Shown here in pieces: positions 8,215 through 17,372 of a DNA stretch of 64,000 nucleotides. Position numbers and translations under genes: made by a program. The stretch lies in IMG/VR virus record IMGVR_UViG_3300021197_001898; one strand, given 5' to 3'. Numbering within the stretch: position 1 is the stretch's first letter; each line of letters opens with the position of its first letter. Source of the stretch: a virus. The notes beneath the pieces are model-generated. The model saw only the letters and a program-made list of their open reading frames with translations, searched no databases and was not told the origin of the DNA.

Positions 8215-9144
8215 CTAAAATTCTAGACACTGATATAAGTAGTGTGTCGAATCAATAATGGTAGCATCTTTCTTCCTCTGTAGGAAGTCGTGCTTCGACA
8301 TGCTACCCACATCATCGAAAGGTTCTACGTTTATCTTATATACCTTTATATCATATTCTAGCAAAGAATTAATTATTTTTTGTTCTTTATATTTTGCATC
8401 TGGATCAAGAGCAATATAAACAGTTGACTTCTCTCTGATGATCTTCTGAAACAACTTTGATGTCTCCTTCAACACAGAGCCCAATATTGGAACGGCGTTG
8501 CCCGCGACGATCGCATCGAAAACACCCTCTACCAAAACAATTGGCTCGTCCCAGTCAATGTATAGATCGTTAAATATAATATCTCTGCTGGCTGGAGGGT
8601 TCTTGTATTTTGGATATTGTCTTCCGTATCCTCTTGCTATAAAATAATTTAAATTACCATTGCCATCAAAAGATGGAATACAGATCCGACCTTCATAGTC
8701 ACCATCGTCGCAGAAGCCTATTTTCCATCTAAGGATATCATCTCTTGTGATGTTTCGACTCTTTAGATAGTTGCCTGCGTGCCTTGCAGGGAACCCCTTA
8801 CTGTGGCCTGTGAGGGTCTTAAAGGAGTCAGGTAGGGAAACACGAATCTCGTGAACTTCTTCCTCTTTTGTTGCGAAGAGGTCGTCGAAAGACGCGATGT
8901 CGACGGACCCATCTATGTCCGTCCACCTTGTATACTCAGAATAAGGACCATACCTCTTTACAAGACTAGCTAACTTTAATCCTGAGTATCCACAAATCCA
9001 GCATTTAAAAACGCCTTTGTCTAAATTTACAGATAGTTTTCTCTTGTCGTGATCGCACTTTGGACAGCCAAAGAGATATTCAGATCCAGATCGGTAATAC
9101 CGACCGAGAACTTCTACTAAGATGTCGAGCTTTTCTGATTCCAT
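8215..9144 (-). CDS. DNA primase (Zn finger plus TOPRIM)
   Basis: CPKC..H...FKCWICG zinc finger, RICIPSFD and PKYKNP motifs, and TOPRIM motifs VLVEGVFDA and ALDPDA. Confidence 0.92.
   Translation of the reverse strand: MESEKLDILVEVLGRYYRSGSEYLFGCPKCDHDKRKLSVNLDKGVFKCWICGYSGLKLASLVKRYGPYSEYTRWTDIDGSVDIASFDDLFATKEEEVHEIRVSLPDSFKTLTGHSKGFPARHAGNYLKSRNITRDDILRWKIGFCDDGDYEGRICIPSFDGNGNLNYFIARGYGRQYPKYKNPPASRDIIFNDLYIDWDEPIVLVEGVFDAIVAGNAVPILGSVLKETSKLFQKIIREKSTVYIALDPDAKYKEQKIINSLLEYDIKVYKINVEPFDDVGSMSKHDFLQRKKDATIIDSTHYLYQCLEF
8236..8242 (-). promoter_or_regulatory. Candidate late-promoter motif CTACTTA (in ACTACTTATA)
   Basis: About 35 nt upstream of the 8201 start, inside the 3' end of the primase gene. 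Confidence 0.45.
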
Positions 9145-9656
9145 TCGCTAAGTCCTGCGCTTGCGATAACCCAACTATCAGCCCGATCACATTCTCCGGG
9201 CTTTGGATTACCGAATTTAGTATATTCTACACTAAAATCAGGTACCTTGTCAAGGACAAACTCCACAACCTTCTCTTTTGCCTTTGTACCTCTTGGTACT
9301 TTGATTCCGCAAAGCTTTCTGGCTTCAGATGCTGTTAAGTATTTTGGCTTAAGACCGAACTGCTGGAAGGCAAGCCAAGAAACCATTCCGTTGAAGTTCT
9401 GCAGGATTGACATAGTCTTTGCACTAGACCCGCCAGAGTTGAAGAACATAAATGGTTTCTCTATATAGATTTCTTCTATATTGTACTTGAGTGATGTGTC
9501 CAGGAGATGGCTCTTTATTGCGTCGGCTTTGTCGAGAACGTCTTTAAAGTGTTTCTTGTTTCGTAAATCCCACGCGTGGCAAAAGACAATGTTCCCTTCT
9601 TTGTCCAAAACTGTTGCGCCGGTTATACTTGTCGATACATCTAAACCTAAAATCAT
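9117..9656 (-). CDS. ruvC: RuvC-like Holliday junction resolvase
   Basis: MILGLDVSTSITG, IYIEKP and DRADSWVIA give the RNase H-like acidic residues. Confidence 0.85.
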   Translation of the reverse strand: MILGLDVSTSITGATVLDKEGNIVFCHAWDLRNKKHFKDVLDKADAIKSHLLDTSLKYNIEEIYIEKPFMFFNSGGSSAKTMSILQNFNGMVSWLAFQQFGLKPKYLTASEARKLCGIKVPRGTKAKEKVVEFVLDKVPDFSVEYTKFGNPKPGECDRADSWVIASAGLSEWNQKSSTS

Positions 9657-10324
9657 CTAAACTTCGTATAGACGTACTGCATATAACGGACCAATAGCGC
9701 CTCCTTTTGATCTGGGTCTTTCTCTTTTTGCCATTGCCAAGCTGTTGTCTCCTTTAGTTGTTCTATAGATTTACTTGTGCTGTCAATTGTTTTTTTTAAC
9801 ATTTCAATCTGACCTTCTTCTGGATCTGGAACTTCTATTCCCAACTCTCTCGCTATGTCGTACAAGCCTAAAAAGTCGTTTTTCTCGATCGCAGATTTCG
9901 CGTTCTTAAAGAGTGTCTCTTTTTCGGCTACCACATCTTCCGAAAGTCCGACCATCTTATCGGGGTGTGACTTAATCGCAATTGCTCTATATATCTTCTT
10001 TACGCTTTCTGGTTGCGCATCTTTTTGGGCGATCTTCAAGTCTGGAAGCTTTTCTTCTTGAGGTGGTGGTTCTTCTATTCCTTTTGCCTTCTTGGCTGCC
10101 TTGCTCATGTTTGACTTTTTCTTTTGTTTCTGGTCTGGGTCGCTCATTGCGCCCTCTAGGATTTCCCTTTCGTGGGCGGGACAGGTCTTGCAGACCTTGT
10201 GATAGGCCTTCGCGAATTCGTACTGTGCTTTGTCGAAGAACTTTTCGTCCATTTCAAGTTGGGCTTTGAGGTATCTTGCTTGCAGTATTTTCAGTTTGAA
10301 AATCTCTCTATCTTTCTCAGACAT
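9653..10324 (-). CDS. J-domain (DnaJ-like) co-chaperone protein
   Basis: VKKIYRAIAIKSHPDK with intact HPD motif, followed by helix III LFKNAKSAIE. Confidence 0.8.
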   Translation of the reverse strand: MSEKDREIFKLKILQARYLKAQLEMDEKFFDKAQYEFAKAYHKVCKTCPAHEREILEGAMSDPDQKQKKKSNMSKAAKKAKGIEEPPPQEEKLPDLKIAQKDAQPESVKKIYRAIAIKSHPDKMVGLSEDVVAEKETLFKNAKSAIEKNDFLGLYDIARELGIEVPDPEEGQIEMLKKTIDSTSKSIEQLKETTAWQWQKEKDPDQKEALLVRYMQYVYTKFR

Positions 10325-10325
10325 T

Positions 10326-11588
10326 TTAAAAATCTAGTTTCATCTTGAAAGTATATTCTCTCTCTTCCGTCTTGCGAACTGGAGTTGCCAGTTTCGCTAT
10401 AGCTATGAGATTCTTGTTCTCATCGTAGATTCCAATCTTAGAAATATAAGTCTGCTTCTTGAAAGACCCTGTAGGATCTACATAAGGACTGTGTTCAAGG
10501 ATCTTAATCTCTGTTTCATTGAATTCCTTGAACTGGAAACTTGAGGTTATTGGAACTAAATCTTGCCCCTTTCTCAAGAATGTTGGGTTTGTTGAGTTGT
10601 TGTTCATACCCTTTGGAGCATGAGCCATCATCGTAACTGTTGGGATGTAGTTCACTCCCTCAAAATCTATGACAAATGTAGATCCAGTAATGGCCCCTTG
10701 TGCGGTGTCGTCGAACGCGCCAGCGCCGAAGTGCGTCCACTTTGGAGTAGAATGGGCGCCGCCGACATACTTATCTGTAAAAGAATCGTTTATCGTCCAA
10801 GCGCCGGTCAGTGCCAAGAACCCTTCATTGTACAGAACAACGCCGCCGACCTTTCCATCATCTGTCGATGCGTTGTATGTACCGGAAACCTGAATAAGTT
10901 CTCCGTTTCTCTTTGTGTCTCTCAGTTCTGCGGCGAGAGTTCCCGTTATGTAATACTTGAGAGCCACTGAACCTTTCTTTATCGAAGATCCATAGAAGAT
11001 AGATGGGATCTCTATAAGGCTCATCTCATCCCTACCCTTATCCCAACTAACTGGCAAGTTGGTAGAGGAGGAATCAAAAGCATAATGTTTGCTTAAATGA
11101 GTATATTTGTCAAAAGTGTTTTTCAGGGCTAGTACAAATTTCTTATTTGATGTCGCCTTTTTAAACGAACCATTATCCTCAACAATGTCCACGATAGGAT
11201 CACCTGTTGTCGCGAAGCGGGTTCTCTTTATACTTGAGGTGAGAGGATAGCTCCCCTTAATAGTGTCCCCGTGTTCAAACTGATCGGAAGAGTCGAACTC
11301 TGTAGTGCTTATTGTTTTGAAGGCTGTGCGTGAGCCCTCTTTTGTCACGAATGGATAAATGGATCCGTCGCCGGGCGGATCACCTGCTTCATCTATTACT
11401 CTATCTACATTTAGCTCGTAAAGGCTAAGGAAGCCCTGAGTTGTAGCATTGATATTATTGAATTTTCCTTTAGAATTCTTGAAGCCATTGAGATATACTT
11501 TGCCATCAAAAATTACAAAGTTTTGTTGAGGGAACGTCTTTAGCCTATTGTAGAGCAGATCCTCTGGTTTGAATTTATAATATGGCAT
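10326..11588 (-). CDS. Tail/baseplate structural protein (C-terminal tail-collar-like motif)
   Basis: C-terminus TYISKIGIYDENKNLIAIAKLATPVRK...YTFKMKLDF; paralogous to the neighbouring gene. Confidence 0.65.
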   Translation of the reverse strand: MPYYKFKPEDLLYNRLKTFPQQNFVIFDGKVYLNGFKNSKGKFNNINATTQGFLSLYELNVDRVIDEAGDPPGDGSIYPFVTKEGSRTAFKTISTTEFDSSDQFEHGDTIKGSYPLTSSIKRTRFATTGDPIVDIVEDNGSFKKATSNKKFVLALKNTFDKYTHLSKHYAFDSSSTNLPVSWDKGRDEMSLIEIPSIFYGSSIKKGSVALKYYITGTLAAELRDTKRNGELIQVSGTYNASTDDGKVGGVVLYNEGFLALTGAWTINDSFTDKYVGGAHSTPKWTHFGAGAFDDTAQGAITGSTFVIDFEGVNYIPTVTMMAHAPKGMNNNSTNPTFLRKGQDLVPITSSFQFKEFNETEIKILEHSPYVDPTGSFKKQTYISKIGIYDENKNLIAIAKLATPVRKTEEREYTFKMKLDF

Positions 11589-11596
11589 AGCACTTC

Positions 11597-12898
11597 TTAG
11601 TAATCCAATCTAACTCTTAATGTCAGTTCGTTTGTTGGATCCTTGCGGAGTGGCTCAGAAAGCTTAGCCGCCGCAAGAAGCTCGTTATCTGGAGAATACA
11701 ACCCGATAGAGGTTATGTAGCTGACTGGCATATCACTTGGTACGTTCTTTACTCGGATCTGGCTTTCCGTCAAGTATGTCGGATTCGAGCTGTAGTTGAA
11801 CTCATTGTGATGTGCTCTACAGAAATAAACTGTTGAGTTAAGTTCTGTCGTGTTGTTGAACGATACGTTTAATAGCCTGTGTCGCAAAGAGTCGCAAGCC
11901 GTCTGGATAGAAGAGCCTGTGAAGAGACTATAGACGTCAGACTGGTTCAAAGCCGTGATGTCAACGCCGGCTGCATCTACGATCTGCTTGTGCATCATGC
12001 AACTTGCAGAGTTCAGCATGCCACCAGTCAAGTGATAGACCACAGCAGGTGATGTCGAGGCAGTGACAGCGCGGACAGCAGCAGGTCCGCCGCCGTCGTG
12101 TGAGGCGCGGGCAAAAGCTCTAGCGTCCAACACAACAATGCCAGCCTGATAAAAGATGAGGCCGATATTTCCTGGTGATGTTGGGTGGTTAGATCCTGTT
12201 GTTAGTCCGTGTGCGATTGGAGCAGTTATAGCGTTCGAGGTCCCTCCGGAAGAGGCTGACAGAATTCCATACTCGCCTGCTGGAGAGTTTATTCTATACT
12301 CATTCGCTGCGTTTGTATCACTAATTGTGATTGTTCTTCCTGTGTACTTTCTCAAGTCGCCGTGAGTTTCTGCAGGAGAATCTGGGCCACCGTAGTGAGG
12401 CGAAACACCCAACTTCATACTAAAGGATCCTTTCTTTATCTCATCCTTTGTTAAGAGTCTAGAGAAGTTAAGAAAGAAGGCTTCGTGAATTTTGCCCGTC
12501 GCTGGATTACCAGTGACGTCACCGTCTTGATCAAACGCGCGTATGGCGCCGTCTTTGTCGTGGCCCATAAGAACCTGAGCCATTTGGTTATAAATCTGTA
12601 TTTTCTTTTCTTGGTCTTTTCTTGCTACCTGCTTTATGTTTCCAGAAAGCACTGAACCAGTAGAATATCCAGCAGAGATATCAAAAATGTGGTTGGCCGA
12701 AGAACTCAAGTAGGGATAATCGAAAACAGATTGAAACATCTTGTGAGAATAGTTCTTGATATTTAGTTCTGTTGCGATGCTTCCATCTCTGTTGTATGTT
12801 CCCGAGACAATGGCACCAGTGATTGGTATCGCCTCGTGAAGTAATGTTTTCGTTGTTACGATGTCGCTATTGAGAAATGTCTTAAAAGTTGTGGCCAT
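11597..12898 (-). CDS. Tail/baseplate structural protein (C-terminal tail-collar-like motif)
   Basis: C-terminus SYITSIGLYSPDNELLAAAKLSEPLRK...LTLRVRLDY; shares the NxSxNPT motif with 10326..11588. Confidence 0.65.
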   Translation of the reverse strand: MATTFKTFLNSDIVTTKTLLHEAIPITGAIVSGTYNRDGSIATELNIKNYSHKMFQSVFDYPYLSSSANHIFDISAGYSTGSVLSGNIKQVARKDQEKKIQIYNQMAQVLMGHDKDGAIRAFDQDGDVTGNPATGKIHEAFFLNFSRLLTKDEIKKGSFSMKLGVSPHYGGPDSPAETHGDLRKYTGRTITISDTNAANEYRINSPAGEYGILSASSGGTSNAITAPIAHGLTTGSNHPTSPGNIGLIFYQAGIVVLDARAFARASHDGGGPAAVRAVTASTSPAVVYHLTGGMLNSASCMMHKQIVDAAGVDITALNQSDVYSLFTGSSIQTACDSLRHRLLNVSFNNTTELNSTVYFCRAHHNEFNYSSNPTYLTESQIRVKNVPSDMPVSYITSIGLYSPDNELLAAAKLSEPLRKDPTNELTLRVRLDY

Positions 12899-12913
12899 TT
12901 TGTAATCCTTTTA

Positions 12914-13930
12914 TTACTCTACTGTTGTTTTCTTTACATATCGAACGGGAATGTCTATTGAATATCCTGTTGTTGCAGCAGTGACCCTTACGAAGGTGTC
13001 AATATAGTAATATACTTTAGCGTTCTTAAAGCCGTTGACCGGCGTATTATCCGCTGTCTGAGTAAACGTGCTGCCAAGTTTCTCGAACAAATATGTTGAA
13101 GTAGCTAGATTTAGACTTGGACGAAGGCGGAACTGTAGCATCCTACCTCTTGGTCCTCGAATTCTGTGAGATGTTGTGCCTCCTGTGCCCTCGCGAGCGT
13201 TCTCTGCTCCGCGAAGAGCATCCCATCGATCTCTAATCAGGCCACCAGCATCCATACCAGAATTTGCACTGATATAATAACTAGCTATCTGATCGTCATC
13301 AATGAAGGATGCAGGCACCTGGCCGGGCGTGTCTCTTGGAGTAACCAAGCTGCCCAAGCGATCGTCCATTTCTATTATGAATTGAGTCTCCTGAAGATTT
13401 GAAGGGACATCCAATGATGGTGGAACCTTCAAAGTGTCTAGGCCAGTCTCAACCAAGATATAGTTTACACCACCATCTTGAGCGGCGCCGAGAATGATGC
13501 CCTTTCCAGACGTGTCAATTGCAGACAAAGAATTGGTCGTGTCTTCTGTGTTTGAGTCAGCTGTAATGATGTACGTGCCAATGTTTCCAAGCTTTGTATC
13601 TCTCGCGCTCGTAGATTCGCCCTTATATCCACCATCGGCGAGCTTAAGAACAGGTAAGTGAAGCAGGTTCGTGTTTGTAACCGTCATAAGCTTCGACTTC
13701 ATAAGAGATGTGTTGTTTGTAAAGGCCTCCAAAACTGGTGTCTTTAGAATCTCTAGGTCGTAATAAGCAGAACCACTCGGATGGCTTCTGTTGAAGAGAG
13801 AGTAATCTATCTCATCATCTCCAAGTGCGAATTTCGTTATTTTGAAATCTCCTCTTGCCATCCGGAACCTGCCAGTGTCTGTCAGAACCGCGTCTAATAT
13901 AATGTCTCCGGAATTATCAAGAAAAGCCAT
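12914..13930 (-). CDS. Tail/baseplate structural protein (N-terminal tail-collar-like motif)
   Basis: N-terminus MAFLDNSGDIILDAVLTDTGRFRMARGDFKITKFALGDDEIDY; AAGGAG RBS and CTAATTA motif upstream. Confidence 0.65.
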   Translation of the reverse strand: MAFLDNSGDIILDAVLTDTGRFRMARGDFKITKFALGDDEIDYSLFNRSHPSGSAYYDLEILKTPVLEAFTNNTSLMKSKLMTVTNTNLLHLPVLKLADGGYKGESTSARDTKLGNIGTYIITADSNTEDTTNSLSAIDTSGKGIILGAAQDGGVNYILVETGLDTLKVPPSLDVPSNLQETQFIIEMDDRLGSLVTPRDTPGQVPASFIDDDQIASYYISANSGMDAGGLIRDRWDALRGAENAREGTGGTTSHRIRGPRGRMLQFRLRPSLNLATSTYLFEKLGSTFTQTADNTPVNGFKNAKVYYYIDTFVRVTAATTGYSIDIPVRYVKKTTVE

Positions 13931-13957
13931 GTTTTCACTCCTTAGTATTTTACTAAC

Positions 13958-13964
13958 TAATTAG
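13958..13964 (-). promoter_or_regulatory. Candidate late-promoter motif CTAATTA
   Basis: In the 53-nt gap, about 28 nt upstream of the 13930 start. Confidence 0.5.
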
Positions 13965-13983
13965 GATATTATTCAAAGAAATC

Positions 13984-16900
13984 CTAACATTTATCACTAT
14001 TATGTACAGTATTTTGTACTTCTTCTGGTATTCTAGCATATTTCTTCACAAATTTAAAATTTAGATCAATCTGCTTGCCTGTCGACTTCGATGTTATTCT
14101 AAATTTAAATTTCTTACCCCACACAGGATTGCTAGAATTTCCCACTTGCATATCATCTTCCCAATCAGAAAACATACCCGACGATGGTAGTGGTAAAATC
14201 TTTTGAAGGAACGCTGGGCTTATCTGTATCGACTTTTTAAACGATGCCGTTGTGCTCTTAGCGGGCTCCTTGAACTTGTACAAGTCCATCTTCATATAAA
14301 CAGTCTCGGAGTTCTTCACCATCTCGACCTGATATATGTGTGTCGGATTAGATACATGTCCGTGGGTATCTTCCGATCTAAAAGTATAATAATATTTCTT
14401 GTTTGGCGTAACAACGTCTTCCAAAGAAGCGTTCGTCGCTGTAGAAGCTATTCTTGCAATCTTCTTATCGTAAAAGTCTTGCCAAGATTCAGGCTCGTGC
14501 TCTAATCTAAAAGCTTCAAATATCTTTGTTTGGTCATCGTTCTTAAAGTGTAGCACCTGATCTGGCGAGGCAATACCTCCGGGTGGAAGCCAAGATTCAG
14601 GATTAAATGTTGCTTCCTGATTTGTCGCCACTGCAGCAAACTGCTCGTTATCATCCTCTTCGAGGATGATTGGTGGAGCGTAAAGCTCACCTGTACCACT
14701 GTTTAGGTTGAACAAAATGCGATTAGCAACACCCTTGAACGGAATCACGTTAACATCTGGTGGCATTGGTGGGCGATCCAAGATAACGATTTCTCTCTCT
14801 TGCATCGGTACTTCCATAATCCTCACGCTTGGAGTGTGAATTACGCCAAAAAACATCTCAGTGTCCTGGCCCGGTGCAGAATTGTTAAAAAAGCTTCTAA
14901 CTGACGCATTCGACATACAGTCAGCGTATGCATACTCTGTACCTATGACTATTATTGTCTGATAGACTTTATATGTATATCTTGTTCCGTATTCTACCTG
15001 GCTGTCGATATACTTGACTATCTCAACGTCGTTGTCTGTTCCAAAATAAAAATTCTGTATCGGTTCTCCTTCGATCATCTTCTCTATTCTATACGCAAGT
15101 ATTTCAGAATAGGCAGGAACACCACTTAATATCTCGTTAAAGTTTCGTCTGTAATGGGATTCTATGAGTTTCTTTAGATTTGCTCTAATCACTATGGAAC
15201 TAAAAAGGTTTCTAAACCTCTCCGGAGAGTAGTCTGGATCTTCGGGATCTAGCATCTCTTCCACCCAAGCCAGCCACCTGTTAAGATCCATAAATTTAAC
15301 CGGCTCTTCTATTGTGTCTCCAACAGACGTGGTTCCGAGGTCCTCGGCATCGGGATCGTCATTGCCACTTCCGACAAACTGAGTAACAGTTTCTGCGTTA
15401 ACGGACTGCACGAGTTGACCCACGCCTTGCAATATGTCTTCTGTAGAAGGGTCATTCTTGCTAGCAAAGGGGAGAAGAATCTCTCTCATTGAAGACCTTC
15501 CAGGGCCTAGGCGCATTGCTGACGCATAAGAACTATCTGTTGTGGTCTTGAACTCTAATTCAGTGTACATAGGAAAGAGAGACCTCTCATCAAACACTCT
15601 CTTAAAATCTGGCAAGTTGGTGTTTTCATAAATGTCCCACGTCTTAATGAAAGGGTGACCAATATTATCAAACACCCCATACTGCTCTATTGCTTTGCGG
15701 CGAAGGATTTCCTGCTGTCTTGACCCCTCCTCCTCGGGCATACTTCTTGCAATTGCATCTCGCGCCCACTCCTCGTTTGCTCTATTGCTCAGGTCCCTTC
15801 TTTCTGGTCTCATTTTATAATAGTTAGGGAGACGCTTCTCTTCATAATTGGGAGATATCAAATCTTCATAGACGCAATCGTAATAGTTGTATACAGGGTC
15901 TATGTCTAGATAAGAAGATACCTTAATGTCTGTTTGATTGAGTTGTTCTCTTGTCAAAAACGCAGGAGTGTTCGTTACATGATCAAAGAAAGTCTGCTCT
16001 CCTTTTGCAGGAGGCCGTAAGGACTCGTTTGACCAGTCTGTTGGGGAATTGTTTGCAAAATATACCCCGTAAAAAGGTATTACTGGAAATAGGTTTTTCG
16101 ACCAATCCGCTGACTGCCAGTCGCGCCAAGTCAGCAAGGAGTTGGCACCTCTATTGCTATAATCAAACCTGGTTGGATCTTGCGCTGCGCTGCGGGCGGC
16201 GAACAGGTCGTCTCCGAAGCCTTCAGCGAGGCCGTACATATAGTTTCTCCAATTCCAATATCGACCAGGTCTCGCCCAGCCTTCTCTTGTTGCGATGGCA
16301 GGGCGTGGATCGGTGTTGGTCGAGACGGTTACCCCTCCGGGGGCAGTGTTGGTCGAGACGGTTACCCCTCCGGTGGTAGTGTTGGTCGAGACGGTTACCC
16401 CTCCGGTGGTAGTGTTGGTCGAGACGGTTACCCCTCCGGTGGTAGTGTTGGTGGTGGAGGTGGTGCTGGTGGCGTTGCCTTGCGGCAAGAGGGCTAGGTC
16501 GGCGGCGGTGGTGCTGGTGGCTGTGGAGGCGATGGTGGTGGCTGTGGAGGCGATGGCTCCATAGCCTCCACCTGTGGCGGCGACTGGGCCGCCTTGCGCC
16601 CAGCCGGTGGCAGTTGCTTCTTCTCGGCCTGATTGCAGCGTGTGAGCAGGAAATATTATTTTCATAGTGTCATGATACACTGGCAACTCCAGCATCTGGT
16701 TTGCTCCTCTGGTAAATCGGAGGCGAATTGCATCAGACTCTAACCAATCAAACTGCGATAATATCTTTCCTGTGAGTCTGTCGTTCATTGTGACTGGTGT
16801 TAAAAAGTGGGAAGCATACCCAAGCATATGGCCGGGGTTGTGAAATGAGAAAAGCCCGTAAGGTCCGTTCTTGCGGCGGTTTTCTAGAAAAGAATTTAAA

Positions 16901-17370
16901 CCGTTTAAAGGTCCAGCTCCGTGAGCAAGATTCATCCAAAATTTTCCAGTCGCGAAACGAAACGTGTCCAAGACAGGGGCATTAATATTTGGAGGCGGAA
17001 TATTCGGTGGAAAAGCATTTCTTGCGCGTGGATCTTGCGATATGGGGTAGATGTCAACAACCCGGTCGGATGACTTGCCGGCTAAAAGGCCTGGCTCTAA
17101 TATCCACTTGTTTTTTCCAACAGAAAAGTTGTTTTGAAATTGCTGTAGATCTTGAAATTCTGGCTCTTGTTCTGCATCATAATCTGCGACTACTTCAACT
17201 TCAACAGGACCCGCCTCAAACTCTTCTGCTGCTTCAACAACTGCGTCTGCATGATCAGCCACGTTCGGACGGGCAGGGGGCGTCATATTTCCGCCACCCG
17301 GCCGGAAGGCGCCAAAGCGGCCGTCGCCTGGTGGTGGTGCGCAAGAACTATTATCGCTTCCGTTTGCCAT
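13984..17370 (-). CDS. Large putative virion structural protein with Thr-rich repeat insertion
   Basis: 1128-aa ORF in the tail block with a low-complexity N-terminus, (TTGGVTVSTNT)x4 and a beta-rich C-terminal third (KYYYTFRSEDTHGHVSNPT, Fn3-like by eye). Confidence 0.65.
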   Translation of the reverse strand: MANGSDNSSCAPPPGDGRFGAFRPGGGNMTPPARPNVADHADAVVEAAEEFEAGPVEVEVVADYDAEQEPEFQDLQQFQNNFSVGKNKWILEPGLLAGKSSDRVVDIYPISQDPRARNAFPPNIPPPNINAPVLDTFRFATGKFWMNLAHGAGPLNGLNSFLENRRKNGPYGLFSFHNPGHMLGYASHFLTPVTMNDRLTGKILSQFDWLESDAIRLRFTRGANQMLELPVYHDTMKIIFPAHTLQSGREEATATGWAQGGPVAATGGGYGAIASTATTIASTATSTTAADLALLPQGNATSTTSTTNTTTGGVTVSTNTTTGGVTVSTNTTTGGVTVSTNTAPGGVTVSTNTDPRPAIATREGWARPGRYWNWRNYMYGLAEGFGDDLFAARSAAQDPTRFDYSNRGANSLLTWRDWQSADWSKNLFPVIPFYGVYFANNSPTDWSNESLRPPAKGEQTFFDHVTNTPAFLTREQLNQTDIKVSSYLDIDPVYNYYDCVYEDLISPNYEEKRLPNYYKMRPERRDLSNRANEEWARDAIARSMPEEEGSRQQEILRRKAIEQYGVFDNIGHPFIKTWDIYENTNLPDFKRVFDERSLFPMYTELEFKTTTDSSYASAMRLGPGRSSMREILLPFASKNDPSTEDILQGVGQLVQSVNAETVTQFVGSGNDDPDAEDLGTTSVGDTIEEPVKFMDLNRWLAWVEEMLDPEDPDYSPERFRNLFSSIVIRANLKKLIESHYRRNFNEILSGVPAYSEILAYRIEKMIEGEPIQNFYFGTDNDVEIVKYIDSQVEYGTRYTYKVYQTIIVIGTEYAYADCMSNASVRSFFNNSAPGQDTEMFFGVIHTPSVRIMEVPMQEREIVILDRPPMPPDVNVIPFKGVANRILFNLNSGTGELYAPPIILEEDDNEQFAAVATNQEATFNPESWLPPGGIASPDQVLHFKNDDQTKIFEAFRLEHEPESWQDFYDKKIARIASTATNASLEDVVTPNKKYYYTFRSEDTHGHVSNPTHIYQVEMVKNSETVYMKMDLYKFKEPAKSTTASFKKSIQISPAFLQKILPLPSSGMFSDWEDDMQVGNSSNPVWGKKFKFRITSKSTGKQIDLNFKFVKKYARIPEEVQNTVHNSDKC
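16313..16452. repeat. 33-bp tandem repeat, about 4.2 copies, in-frame (TTGGVTVSTNT)
   Basis: Units start at 16313, 16346, 16379 and 16412 with a partial copy at 16445; GTGTTGGTCGAGACGGTTACCCCTCCG is identical in all four. Confidence 0.97.
16515..16556. repeat. Exact 21-bp tandem duplication (encodes IASTATx twice)
   Basis: TGGTGGCTGTGGAGGCGATGG occurs at 16515 and 16536. Confidence 0.95.
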
Positions 17371-17372
17371 TA

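Noticed and set aside
1211-9144. Inteins or introns in terminase, Mre11-Rad50 or primase
   Set aside because: Lengths and motif spacing are normal; I saw no C/S...HN-C/S/T splice junctions or LAGLIDADG blocks.
16313-16452. 33-bp repeats as a CRISPR array
   Set aside because: The units are directly adjacent with no unique spacers, the period is a multiple of 3, they lie in-frame within a long ORF, and no cas genes are present.
16180-16564. Plus-strand ORFs with GRDGYPSGGSV / VLVETVTPP repeats
   Set aside because: These are antisense shadows of the stop-free tandem repeat in the minus-strand gene, with no independent RBS or homology signal.
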